This document shows positions 37,297-48,589 of a DNA stretch of 64,000 bases, one piece after another. How positions within the stretch are numbered: the first letter of the stretch is position 1; the number at the start of each line of letters is the position of its first letter. Source of the stretch: Obrimoposthia wandeli (lineage: Eukaryota); assembly GCA_977020255.1 (NCBI GenBank), contig CDROCS010001465.1, positions 186,001 to 250,000 on the forward strand, given 5' to 3'. The position numbers were made by a program, and so were the translations under genes. Below the pieces are notes generated by a model, which searched no databases, was not told where the DNA came from, and saw only the letters and a program-made list of their open reading frames with translations.

Positions 37297-37515
37297 ATGG
37301 GTGCTAACCCTTCTTTACCTAAACTTAAATTTTCTTTCTATTCAAATTGTTGTAATGGAGAAGATATGGTTCAATCCAAAAGATCCAATTGGCTACACAG
37401 GAGTTTCAAAATTAGCAAAAAGAACAAAACAAAATTACAAGAAAACACAGAAATGGCTGAGCGACCAGTTAGCCTACAGTCTGAACAAGCCGATGAGAAG
37501 AAGGTGTCCAACTAG
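37297..37515 (+). CDS. Small ORF with N-myristoylation consensus (MGANPS) and a Cys-Cys pair, overlapping the integrase start
   Basis: The YSNCCNGE segment is retained in the decayed copy near 27560-27630. Confidence 0.45.
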   Translation: MGANPSLPKLKFSFYSNCCNGEDMVQSKRSNWLHRSFKISKKNKTKLQENTEMAERPVSLQSEQADEKKVSN

Positions 37516-38385
37516 AGCTTACAAAACCAGCGGTCCTAATAATTTATGGCAAATGGATTTGTTGGAGATGATCCCATATTCTTCCATTAATAAGGGATAT
37601 CGATATATTTTAACATGTATTGATGTATTTAGCAGGTTTGCTCGTGCAATTCCAGTTAAAGAAAAGTCTTCAATAGCTATGCTTGAAGCCATTAAAGAAA
37701 TATTAAAAGAGGACATTCCACAAAACGTGCAAACTGATTTAGGAAAAGAATTTTATAATAAGCAAGTTAAATCATTATTTAAACAAAATAATATAAATCA
37801 TTACTCTGTGTTTTCACAATACAAAGCAGCAGTAGTAGAAAGATTTAATCGTACTCTAAGAGATCGAATAAAAAAGTATTTCACAAAAGAAGGAAATAAA
37901 AAATGGATCCAAGTTTTACCTAAAATAATACATGCATATAATCACTCTGAACATTGAGGTCTCAAGGGAATGAGACCTGTTGATGTTACTAATAAAAATT
38001 CTATGGACATTTGGATGAACAGGAATAAAAAAGAAAAAATTAAAAAAGCTAAATATAAGAAAAACGAATATGTTCGAATTTCGAAAATTAGCTCTACTCC
38101 ATTTATTAAAAACTTTGATCAGAATTGGAGCGATGCAATATTTTGTATAAGTAAAATTGATCAAAAGAGTAATCCAATAATGTATACTATTAAAGATGCA
38201 GACAATAATATCGTTCACGGTAAATTTTACGAGCAAGAACTACAAGTAATATCAAATAAACCTAGCGTTTTCCGTATTCAAAAAATATTAAAATCTAAGG
38301 GTACAGGTAAACATAAACAATACTTTGTTAAATGGCATGGTTATTCAGACGCAACTTGGATATCAGCATCTAATATAACATGTAG
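37355..38385 (+). pseudogene. Polinton retroviral-type (c-int) integrase with C-terminal chromodomain
   Basis: WQMD, QTDLGKEF, VERFNRTL (DDE); TGA at 37955-37957; QYFVKWHGY..TW chromodomain. Confidence 0.92.
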
Positions 38386-38388
38386 TCT

Positions 38389-39438
38389 ATGTATATGGTT
38401 TTACCTAGTAACGGATGTCCGAAGACTCAACCAGATAATTACGCTAGCAGCTTTATTATTGATTGGGAAAATCCTATAAATCTCCAAGGAGAATGGGAAG
38501 CGGCTTTAACAGAATTTTCTTTTTATTATTCTCCAATTACTATCAGAAAAAACTCACATATTTCGTTTACAAAAGAAGTTGATCATGAAAAAACAACTAA
38601 AGTTGTGATCGGGTTTGATAGTAAAGGAAAATTCTTTTACAATTGTATAGATAAAGAAGTGAAAGTAATATATGAAAATAACAAAGTCAGATTTAAAAAT
38701 CGATCAAAACATTTTCAACCTATTCAAATTATATTCGAATCTGGAAGAGAAGCTCTTCAATTCGGTTTTGATAGTGGACATGTAGTAGGTATGAAGAGAT
38801 CTGATATTGTCTCATCTAAATTGTTTAAAAATGTTCCTAGTAGAGTAGTAAGAGTGTTGTTAGTTGAAACGAGACCAAAGACTGTAGTGGAACTGAAAAT
38901 GTTTTCAAAAGATTATAAAATAGATAGTGAAGTGAATTTCTGTAAATTAATACAGAAGGAATGTAGTGAATATTTGGATAAATGTGAAACATTAAAAAAT
39001 GGTAAAATAACGTTTACAGTAATGAACAATATAAAACGAGTTTCATTTGATGATAAACTCGCTAAAAACCTTGGTTTAAACAGAAATACCTTTGAAACCC
39101 ATACAATAAAAACCATAAAAGCTAAAAATAAGGCAAAACTTTTAAATGCTGTTAATCATTTATATATTTATATTAATTTAATAGAATCAACGCTCGGAGG
39201 ACAACGAGTTCCACTTTTGAGAACAATATGGATATCTAAAAATGAAACTAAAGATGGTGACGCTGTCGGTATGTGTATAGATCAACCAATGTATCTTCCA
39301 GTTGCTCTCTTTTCTATAAACAATATTGAAGTAAATATTAGAGATGATTCCGGACAACTAATAGATTTCACGTACGGGGCCAAGACAAGTTTAACAATAC
39401 ATTTAAGAAAACAAAATAGCGAATCCAGCAATAATTGA
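38389..39438 (+). CDS. Polinton minor capsid (penton-like, PX)
   Basis: Intact 349 aa; LPSN..P.N..S.F...L.GEWE.ALTE N-terminus; LYIY...VPLLRTI...MYLPV..INNIEVNIRD.SGQLI C-terminus. Confidence 0.85.
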   Translation: MYMVLPSNGCPKTQPDNYASSFIIDWENPINLQGEWEAALTEFSFYYSPITIRKNSHISFTKEVDHEKTTKVVIGFDSKGKFFYNCIDKEVKVIYENNKVRFKNRSKHFQPIQIIFESGREALQFGFDSGHVVGMKRSDIVSSKLFKNVPSRVVRVLLVETRPKTVVELKMFSKDYKIDSEVNFCKLIQKECSEYLDKCETLKNGKITFTVMNNIKRVSFDDKLAKNLGLNRNTFETHTIKTIKAKNKAKLLNAVNHLYIYINLIESTLGGQRVPLLRTIWISKNETKDGDAVGMCIDQPMYLPVALFSINNIEVNIRDDSGQLIDFTYGAKTSLTIHLRKQNSESSNN

Positions 39439-39793
39439 AGCTTATAGTCAAAGCCAACAAGGTGGAGAATTACCATATTTTGTTGGCAAACAATATGGAT
39501 CTGGCTGGCTTAGAACATTAGGTAAATTTGCCTTTCCTCTTTTAAAGAGACTCGGACGATTTATATCAAAATTAGGAAAGGATTACCTTTCATCTAAGGA
39601 CAATAAACTAATACCAACTTTTAAGAAGCATGCGCTTGATGAACTTGATAATGTTTTACCTGAAGTTGCTAATTTGATTATAAAACGTAAATCAAATAAA
39701 AGCCAAGGAGGTAGTGGATTTAAACGTAAAAAGAAGCAAAAAATTAATATAAACAAACGTAAGAAAGTTGAAAGAACAATATTTGCAAAATGA
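39416..39793 (+). pseudogene. Conserved Polinton virion protein with amphipathic helix (start codon apparently mutated to ATA)
   Basis: Open frame QQGGELPYFVGKQYGSGWLRTLGKFAFPLLKRLGRFISKLG...QGGSGFKRKKK; stop overlaps the capsid ATG. Confidence 0.65.
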
Positions 39794-41018
39794 GTTGCGC
39801 CAAAACAGAATTGTGTATTTTTGATAAACCACTCCCACAAGTAGTTGTAGATAATGCTTCCTTTGAAGAAATATTCCTAGTTAACTCAGTTTCAGGAACC
39901 ACTTTAACCGATTTAGAATTTAATATTAATGGTTCCAATAGCGAGTATTTAGATTTGAATGATACTTTGCTTTATGTTCAAATAAAAGTATTAAATCGGG
40001 ATGGTACTAATTTAGATGAAAATGCCTATGTAACACCTGTAAATTATCTCTTTAATTCTTTATTTAATGATGCCATTGTTACTCTTAATAATGTCAAAAT
40101 TGAAGGTGGAAATTCTTCCTATGCTCATAAAGCTTTGATTTAAAGTTTTTTGAATTATAGTACTGATACTCAAAATACTAATTTGCGACCATTGGTTATG
40201 ATAAAACGGTTGCAACTCGCAAAGAATGGATTACAGGTTCTAAAGCTTACGAAATGTGTGGGTCTTTGAGATTGAATTTCTTTGAAGAACCGAAATATTT
40301 AATTCCCGGTGTTAATGTACATCTTCGTTTGAAACGTAATAAATGGAATTTTTCTTTGATAAGCACGGACGTTCTAAAACCTAGACCTGATATTTTGGAT
40401 GCAAAATTGTATGTTCGAAGAGTTAAAACCGAGCAATCAGTTTTAATGGCACATAATATAGGAATGGAAAAAACAATGCTTGTTATCCTATTAGAGAAAC
40501 TAAACTTATATCTTATTCTTTAGGTACGGGTACACAAGCTTTTAATAAGGATCAAATATTTGGTGATGTAAGATTACCGAAATTCATTTTAATTTCTTTT
40601 CAAAAAACTGCAAAGTTTCTAGGAAATTATACGACAGATGCAACTCAATTTGACAATCTTAGTGTAGGTTCAGTGACACTTTCAAGAAATACTGATTATC
40701 GTGAAACATATAAAACAGATTTCGAAGGTAACGCTTATGCTTTTGGCTTATACGCAATCTATTATTCGGAATTTGGGCCAACTAGATAAAAATATAAACA
40801 ATGGTATTTCTTTCACTGAGATTAAAAGCAGCTGCCCGTTCTTCACATTCGTTTTGGCACCAGACTTTGATATAAACCAATGCCAACTACCAAAGGATGG
40901 AAATTTACGACTAGAAATTAAGTTCAATGCAGCTTTAACAAATCCTACTACGGTGCTTATTTACGGAGTGTTTGATTCCGAAATACAAATTAATAAAAAC
41001 AGAACTGTTATATTATAG
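39790..41018 (+). pseudogene. Polinton major capsid protein (double jelly-roll, PY), disrupted
   Basis: MSCAKTELCIF, LEFNI.G..EYLDL.DT.LYV, KYLIPGV, GNLRLEIKF..AL; TAA at 40141 plus frameshifts. Confidence 0.9.
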
Positions 41019-41019
41019 A

Positions 41020-41400
41020 ATGAAGTAAGACATTTTTAAAATTTATATTTATTAATTTTTATTTAGTTCAGTACAAGTACAAGAATCAGCAGATAAGGTC
41101 TTGGGTGATAAATTCAATGGAGTTTATCCTATTGATATGATTCCATTTTTTCAATCTGGAGGATACATTATCAATACTCATACTTCGAATTTACCAGGAG
41201 AACATTGGATAGCTATTTATGTTAGAGAGTGGACAATACATGTATTTGATCCACTTGCAATGTATTATCCACACAAACTTGTTTCAACTATTCAAAAAGG
41301 ACGAAGAAGAGTATTTTACAACAAGATACAATATCAGGATCCTGCGACGAGAAACTGTGGACATTTATGTATTTTATGGTTATCGTTGCAAAATGATTAG
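41020..41400 (+). CDS. Adenain-like cysteine protease (exons 41020-41024 and 41067-41400)
   Basis: 42-nt GTAAGA...TTTAG intron yields MNSVQVQ; catalytic motifs GEHW, FDP, QD...CG..C. Confidence 0.88.
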
Positions 41401-41664
41401 TGTGTTATAAAAATAAAAATTTTAAATGTTTTATTTTGAATTATATTTTTAAATCCCTAAAAATATAAGGGTAAAATAATAAAAGACATAAGACGAATTT
41501 TTTTTTAATACATTTATTAAAAACAACATCACAATGAGGTCTGTCAGCAAAGATAAGGTCCATCCTAAAAAATGTTTTGAAATAACAATAAGTTAGAGTC
41601 TAGGTGCCATAGGGATCTAAAATTAAAAAAAACTAAACTAAAAAAATCAAAAAATGAAAACCGT

Positions 41665-44600
41665 TTAAATTCGGAAGTGTCCATAAGCCAGGCTAGCGTT
41701 CTTTTCTACCCAAAAGCGCTTGTCGTCATTACTACTCAAAGCGATTTTTGTTGATTTATGGGAATACAGTTGATGGGCTCTTGAAATAAATCTAGTTTGC
41801 TCAACGCTTTCAATACACCCAGTATCATAAACTTTCCGGTATGCCTCATGTGTAAGATTGTTTCTTCCCACACCCTGTGCTCTCATTGAACATGTATTAT
41901 TAGATGCATGTAAACTGTAGCATTTAGGGCGTAGGAAAATACAATCATCATACGAAACCTGTCCCTCGCTTTCATCCTTAAATTTCCTGATAATGTCCTT
42001 TAAACTCATAGAGTGTAGAGGATGGTTAGCGGGATATTTATGGGTATCTAGTAAGTTGTCCCTAAACATGGCTGGTAATAATTGATTATTTAAACTAACA
42101 TTCCTACATTCTAAAAAGAAAGAGTCAGTGTCCCCAGCTGCGATTTTGATCTCACAATTAAATTCTTGTCGGTATTTCTCCAATTCTATGTATTGAAGCT
42201 CATACATTCTGAGTTTAGAAATGTCTAAAACCGTTTGACCTATATAACTCGGTCGATCGAGACAAATACTCTGTTTTCCTAATAACACTGCTACCAAGTC
42301 ATCTGCAATTGTAAAACTACGCTTGAAGTTGTACTTGCTAGTATATGTTATTAGTTTACGCTCATCATTGCAAAACCGTATACAAATACGTTTCCGCAAG
42401 TCCTCTACAGTTTTTCCAAAGAGGCTTTTACTTTTTAACTTGTAAAAATCCCGATCGAATTTGCTAGTGGCCAAATTACGTTTTCTAGAATTCTTCTCAA
42501 TATAGTCTTTAAACACAAAGTTTTGACTGAAGTTTATAGCACGATGAATTCGAGTAACTTTCGCTCCCAACTTTAAGAAGAATTGTAGAAGTCAACAATG
42601 CACGAAATAATTCAACTTATCTTCATGGGTTAACAATAATTTCTTAACCTTTGAATTAGGTGGGCATTGATGAACAGGCGCTACTGGAAGATCATCTAAT
42701 TTATCATGCACATTGGAAGGGATTGTTAAGTCAACCTCAACCAAATAGCCGATGTCTGATGAAACTGTATCGACAATAGCCAAATCTGTCATCAACTTAT
42801 TCAACTCTTCCTCATCATAAACCCACTTAAAGTTGGCATTAGGTAGACGTTGAGTAAGCGCCCACCCATACAAATTATTAATGTCGATGTACAGAATCTC
42901 CGTGGACTGATTTTTGACAACATGATATTTGTTGACAAAAGTCATTCCACCGCGTATACCATAATCATACATTTGATACATCGCGGGATCTTGTAGTAAC
43001 TCGATATTAATGTTAAGAGTTTTTATTGCTGTTGCCCATGAAAGACCAGGTAAACTAAAGAAATGCATGGGATCTAGCCCATCTTCTGCTAAAGACTTTA
43101 CACGAAAGGACTCAAAAACATCAGCTAAAAGATAAATGTCTAATTTCATATAATAAAGCATATATTCAAGAAGATTTCGACAATTATTCGCCCAAAATGT
43201 ACGGGCCTCATTATAGTTTTGAAGACTTACACTTTCAAATTCAGTTATGGGTGGGATTTCTGTAGTATTTTCTAAATCTGCAAAGGTTTTCACTAATTTA
43301 TACGGAAAAATCCCCTTATCATTAACGGAAGCTGGGAACACTGACTGTGTGATTGGCCATGTATTTAAAGATGCCGTTAAACTTTTTAAAGACCCGCTCC
43401 AAAACTGCAGAGAATCTATGAATCTTAAACTGCAGAATTCAGTATATGCAGTTAAAGATAAATATCTCTCTGAAGTTTGAGGTATACATGAAATTTCCCA
43501 AGAGCTTAATGTACCCAACGCATTTTTAAGTATATGATGCAAATCATATCCTTTGAAGTTATGAAACACGATGGGAATTCATTGTTTTTTAGGGAGACGA
43601 CGGCCAAGGTTACAGAGGTTGCACGCCGCTCCCAAGTATCGCCCCATACCATGATCGTGATCTCTGACTAACTTAGACTGGGTTCCACACAAATAACATA
43701 ATCTGCAAGAATTAAAATTACCCCAGTCTATGCCTGTCATGATCATTGCTTGATGAGCATTAAGATCATACCACGGTTTGACAATGGTTGTTCTTAATTC
43801 TTCTAATTTTAACATAAAATCTAAAATACAATTTGGATCGGTAAATTTATGATACTGTGTAATATTGGGGCCTAAGAATAATAGTCCTGCCGAAGCCGGT
43901 AGGTGAATACTCTCATACTGGTCGTGCAATGCTAGAATTGACTCAAAATCAGCATACACCCTGAATTTCACGGGTATGCATTTTGCCCAATCCCTGAATT
44001 TTAAATCCTTATCCTTAGGCATGATATATAGCGTATTGTCATCAGGATTCAGTGAACATAATGTCAGATGTTTGCTGTAAGAGAGCTCGGATCGGAATCC
44101 ATGCAAACATCTATGACACCACTTACACCTTATCCTAACCGGTAAGGCTCCATTATCTAAATTTAGAAGACGATCTAAACTGGAAATTGCAGCATAATGG
44201 AATTTATTATTCTGTTCGAGCAAAATTAAGTTGACCTGAGTCCTCTCATTTTTGCTCATATAAATAACATCTACAAAAGGATTTTTAAATATTTCTTCAT
44301 CTGTTACATTAACTGGGATATCAGTATTATATTTGAATACATTAATACTCAAGTTATTAAGATGTTCAAATATTGATATCACAGATAATTTAACAGGAAA
44401 ATCTATTCCATGATACTGCAATTCATTTAAAAAGGGGTATATTTACTGACACGCTCTCTATGTTTAGTAATTACACCCCTTTTGAGGATGGCCAACACTT
44501 TATACAGAAGCAAAGGTTATCACTGTTTTGTATGTTAACAATGGAACGTGAAAGTTGAAGAGATCTAGGTGAAGGAATGTATGAACTCCCCAAAAGATAT

Positions 44601-44914
44601 ATCATGTCAGTGAACTTTGTTAGAACAAAGCTAACATCGTGAATTCTAACTAGATTCCATCCACTACTTAACTCGCTATAATTAGCAATTTTTTCATCTA
44701 GGTTTCTTCCAATTTCAGTTACAAAATTATCATAGAAAACAGTTGCTTTATGTAAAATTACCCAAGTTTTAGTTTCCTCATTGACATTTTTAAACTGCAC
44801 TGTTGCACAAAATTGAACCTTAGCCTGTCCTAATTTAGTCACTTCTGATTTTAAAAGATTTTCAATATTTGAATCTACACCTACGTTTAATAAAATTTCA
44901 TTTCCTAATGGCAC
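41665..44914 (-). pseudogene. Protein-primed DNA polymerase B with EndoVII-like motif, fragmented
   Basis: SSGW..SYIP..NIQNSDNLCF; YADFES; VRDHDH.GRY.GAAC..CNL; FHNFKGYD; FIDS; KGIFPY; RGG; YIDINNLYG; K...SLFGK; GDTDS; several stops and frameshifts. Confidence 0.93.
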
Positions 44915-44949
44915 CTTAACTATAACATATTTATTATTTAGGTGATACT

Positions 44950-46162
44950 CTATAGTAGCACCGTTTTCTCTACGCTTTTTGGTGGGACCTTATTAAGAAA
45001 TTGGCCTCGCCTCTTTCTTCCTACAGTCGCTGACAAACCTCCCCCTAATTGAACGGACAGACAACTATTTATATTAACAGTTGACACAAACGCAGCTGAG
45101 ATTGAAGGTTCTGCTATTGGTGATGCTGCCGATGTTGAGGCAATCGCAGCTGGTGTAGACGATGCTGCTGTAATAGATGCTGCCGCAGATGATGAGACAG
45201 TGGCAGTTGTAGAGGCTGCATTTGAAGTTGGAGTAGGCATGGTAGAAGCTGACCTTGCCGATGAAGAAGCGGCTGTTGTAGAGGCTGATGCTGCTGAAAT
45301 AAATATATTAAAAAATAAATATATTTTTAAAAATTATTACTTCTAAGGCGTGCTAACATCGATGTAGGCACTCGTGATGGGGGAGGCATAGCTGTCGTAG
45401 CGGATAATGATTGTATCACGGTATTTCCTGAATAAAAAATAAAAATAAAATATAATTACAATAATATATATAATTACAATTTTAAAAAATAATAATAAAA
45501 AATACCTAATGAAGGCAATCCAACTGGAGCTGGAATGAAGTCCTCTTCATTTATGGAATCCATCCAGCTGTCGTCCGTTATCTCGACAAAATCGGATTCC
45601 TCGATGTTCTCCAACCAGGAGTTATCGCTCCACTGAAGCTGCTCTATCTCGAAATCTGACTGGGTGATATTTTCCATCCAGTCATTGTTCGAGAATAGGG
45701 TTGCTGGTGCCAACTCCTAAAAATCTTCTTTGGAGATGTCGTTCATCCACTCATTGTTAGTCATTTGAGTGGATGGGGCAGCAGCAGAATCAGGAGCCAG
45801 GACAGAAGGACCAATGCAGGACTGTAAAAGGGTTGATCGACTGCAACTGGAATTGGAGCAGGAGCTGGAGCGGCCTTCGAATCGCGCACCAATTGCACGA
45901 TATCCCTCTTCTTGTTGTTGGCTGTGAAACACGATAGATGAGCTCGATGTTCACCGAAGAAGTCTCGAAACTCCTTCTCCTCCATTGTTCTGCAGAAGGG
46001 GCAGACGAAGAAGTGAAGCCCGCGAGACTTTGTCCGATAGTAGGCGGACATTATCTCCATGCGGAGCCGAAGCACCACAATATGCTGGAAACAGAATACA
46101 AGTAATCTGAAATAATAAATATTAATAAGGAAATAATAAGCATAGATTCTTACCATAGTCAT
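44950..46162 (-). pseudogene. Spliced low-complexity leader upstream of pPolB (Cys pairs, acidic W..I...DF repeats, Ala/Ser/Thr tract, QLGGG)
   Basis: GT-AG introns 46153-46107, 45505-45428 and 45340-45294; the last two join open frames; internal TAG and frameshifts. Confidence 0.6.
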
Positions 46163-46392
46163 TATTTCAAATTGTCGTGGATTTAAATGAAGAAAGTGTT
46201 TGCTTATATACTAAAATTTATGCACACATGCTCTTTTCCTATTGGATTAAAAAAATTAATTTATCCCTCCACTGAGAAAGATTGTTTATCTGTTATTGGT
46301 TAAAAAAAATATTTTTATTCCTCCAATCAAAAGGCTTATTTGTAATTAGTTGTAAAATTTTAATAATGAATTTCTCCAATTAGAAGAATTGT

Positions 46393-46881
46393 TTATCTAC
46401 ATGTCAAGTAATAATAAGATAGACTTAAACATTTTTTATATGCGCAATGGTCACCATGATTACGATATGGACAGCAAATATTTCGTGGAATTTTTAATAG
46501 ATGATCACGTGAAATATTTAAAGTATTCAACCTCAATTTGGGAACATATTTTTTTAAAGTCTTATATTTTTTGCCATCCATTTCATCTAAAACATAAAAA
46601 ATTCCATTTTCAATATCAAAATTAGATGTTATTGTATCGAAAATACATATTTCACAAAAAGCCTTATGTCCTTCTTACCATTTTAATAAATGAAAGTAAT
46701 TAGTTAGATATAAATTAGTAAATTTTTTCTTATAATCTAAACTTTTAAACGGGATATCTATTTGAAATATGAAATGCAAAGGATGAAAAACGTCGCATAC
46801 ATCCATAATACATAATTCTTTTATAATGTAATCACCATTTTTGTTATTGAAAGCCTCAAAATCTATGATATATTCCTGCAT
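46393..46881 (-). pseudogene. Possible DnaQ/DEDD-like exonuclease-fold accessory protein with one nonsense codon
   Basis: YIIDFEAF....YIIKELCI N-terminus and CPYRNHGDHCAYKK C-terminus are in one frame, separated by a single TAA at 46677-46675. Confidence 0.55.
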
Positions 46882-47189
46882 AATTATCTAAATTTGCAGA
46901 AAATCCTGTTGTTTATAATGAAAAAATCAAAAATTTATTAAAATAACAAAGTATTCAGTCTTTCATGTTAAGATTGGTATATATTCTCATTTTTCCTATG
47001 AATATTAAAATAAATTATTTTAAATGTAAACATACCTAAATATTTCGAAATTAAATTATCTAATTTATATCCAACAATTTCCTCGGTATCATTTTCTGAA
47101 AAGTAATTTATTTTATAATCTTCCATTAAATCTGGAGATAATTTTATGTATAATTTATTCCAAATTTTATTATCCATTTTACAAAAACA

Positions 47190-47593
47190 TTATATATAAA
47201 TTTGTTTATATTTAGTATGCTTATGTAAAATATTTAGACAATTATGTAACCTAATCAATAAAGACGAAAAATTAATCAAAAATTTATTTTTTTGTAGACC
47301 CTCTTCCGGTTTAATCTGGAGGATTCTTTTTCTTGCTTGCCTCCGAATATCCTCCATCTCTTCTCTTCTTTTTTCATCCACCTTCCTTTTTTCCAATTCG
47401 ATCTTCTTATTCCACTCCACGATTCGACGTCGTTCTGCTAGCCTCCTATCCCCACCCGGCGATTCCACTCGGTCGCAAAAGCAGCATACAAATTTTGATT
47501 GAGGACCCTCTTTCTTAAGTCCCTTTTCTTCTCATTTATTCTGATGTTTGCTTCTATCTTCGCTACCAAGCTTTGCAATTTAATGAATTCCAT
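47190..47593 (-). pseudogene. Highly charged coiled-coil protein, frameshifted
   Basis: MEFIKLQSL... joins RRLAERRRIVEWNKKIELEKRK... across a frameshift; TATA and CCAAT upstream. Confidence 0.5.
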
Positions 47594-48589
47594 TTTTTAA
47601 TTATGAAGAGGTTAATAAATTTGAACCTATATATATAAATTTAAGACATTTTTAATCCAATCACAAGCAATGAAATGATATATTTTTATGTATCAAATGA
47701 AAGTTTAATAAATCTATAACTAATCATTGCATTTATATTTAAACCTAAAAAAATGCAATGATTCCTTATTAATCCAATCACAGGCGAATAAATTAAATAA
47801 TTTTTTCATGTTGATATTTTATTAAACTTAAAGATGATATTTAAATATATATTAACAATAAAACATATGAAACTAATGTTTATAAATTATATTTTTAAAC
47901 ATCTTTACGAAGTCATCATTGGGATCATCCGGGTCGAAATCCCATCCGACTAAGTATTATAGGAGAAAGCGGTACTGGTTCCTTCTTCTTTGGCCGGCCC
48001 GGTTTCTTTTTCGGCTTCACCGGTTGCTTTGTAGCAATTGTCCTTCCCTCAGGTTTTGGCAATAGTTGCCGCAACATTTTGGGAGGAGGTGCAGCCGATG
48101 TTGATGGCCCCGACATAGAAGCAGTAGCCTTCCTCTTCCGCAGAGCTTTCTTCTGTTTCTCCTCCTTCTCACGCTGAAGCTGGCGTGAGACGGCATCCTG
48201 TTGCCCTAGCGAATCTGGAAGCATTGCCGGTGTATCCAGTTCCGCCAGGAATTCGTCCAATCCAGCTTCATCCAAGGCTCTCTTTAAGTTCTGGCTGGTT
48301 GTTGGACGAGGAGAAGCCGGTGATGTCTCCTGCAGGCGTCGTTGACTTGATGGCGGACTAATCTCGATCGGTGAGACTGGGATCCTCTCATATAAAATTG
48401 GACCGTCGTCCACTGGAGATGGGAGAATCTCCTGCCGTCCAATCACCGCCTCAGAATAATGGCCAATTGAGGTGTTAAATTTTCTCGAGCGCTTCGTCTT
48501 CTTCACCTCTGCTCGCTTCGTCCGTTTCTTTGGAAAAGGATTAATTTCTCCACAAGCCTCCTCAATTAACCGGACAGGTTCCTTTAGAG

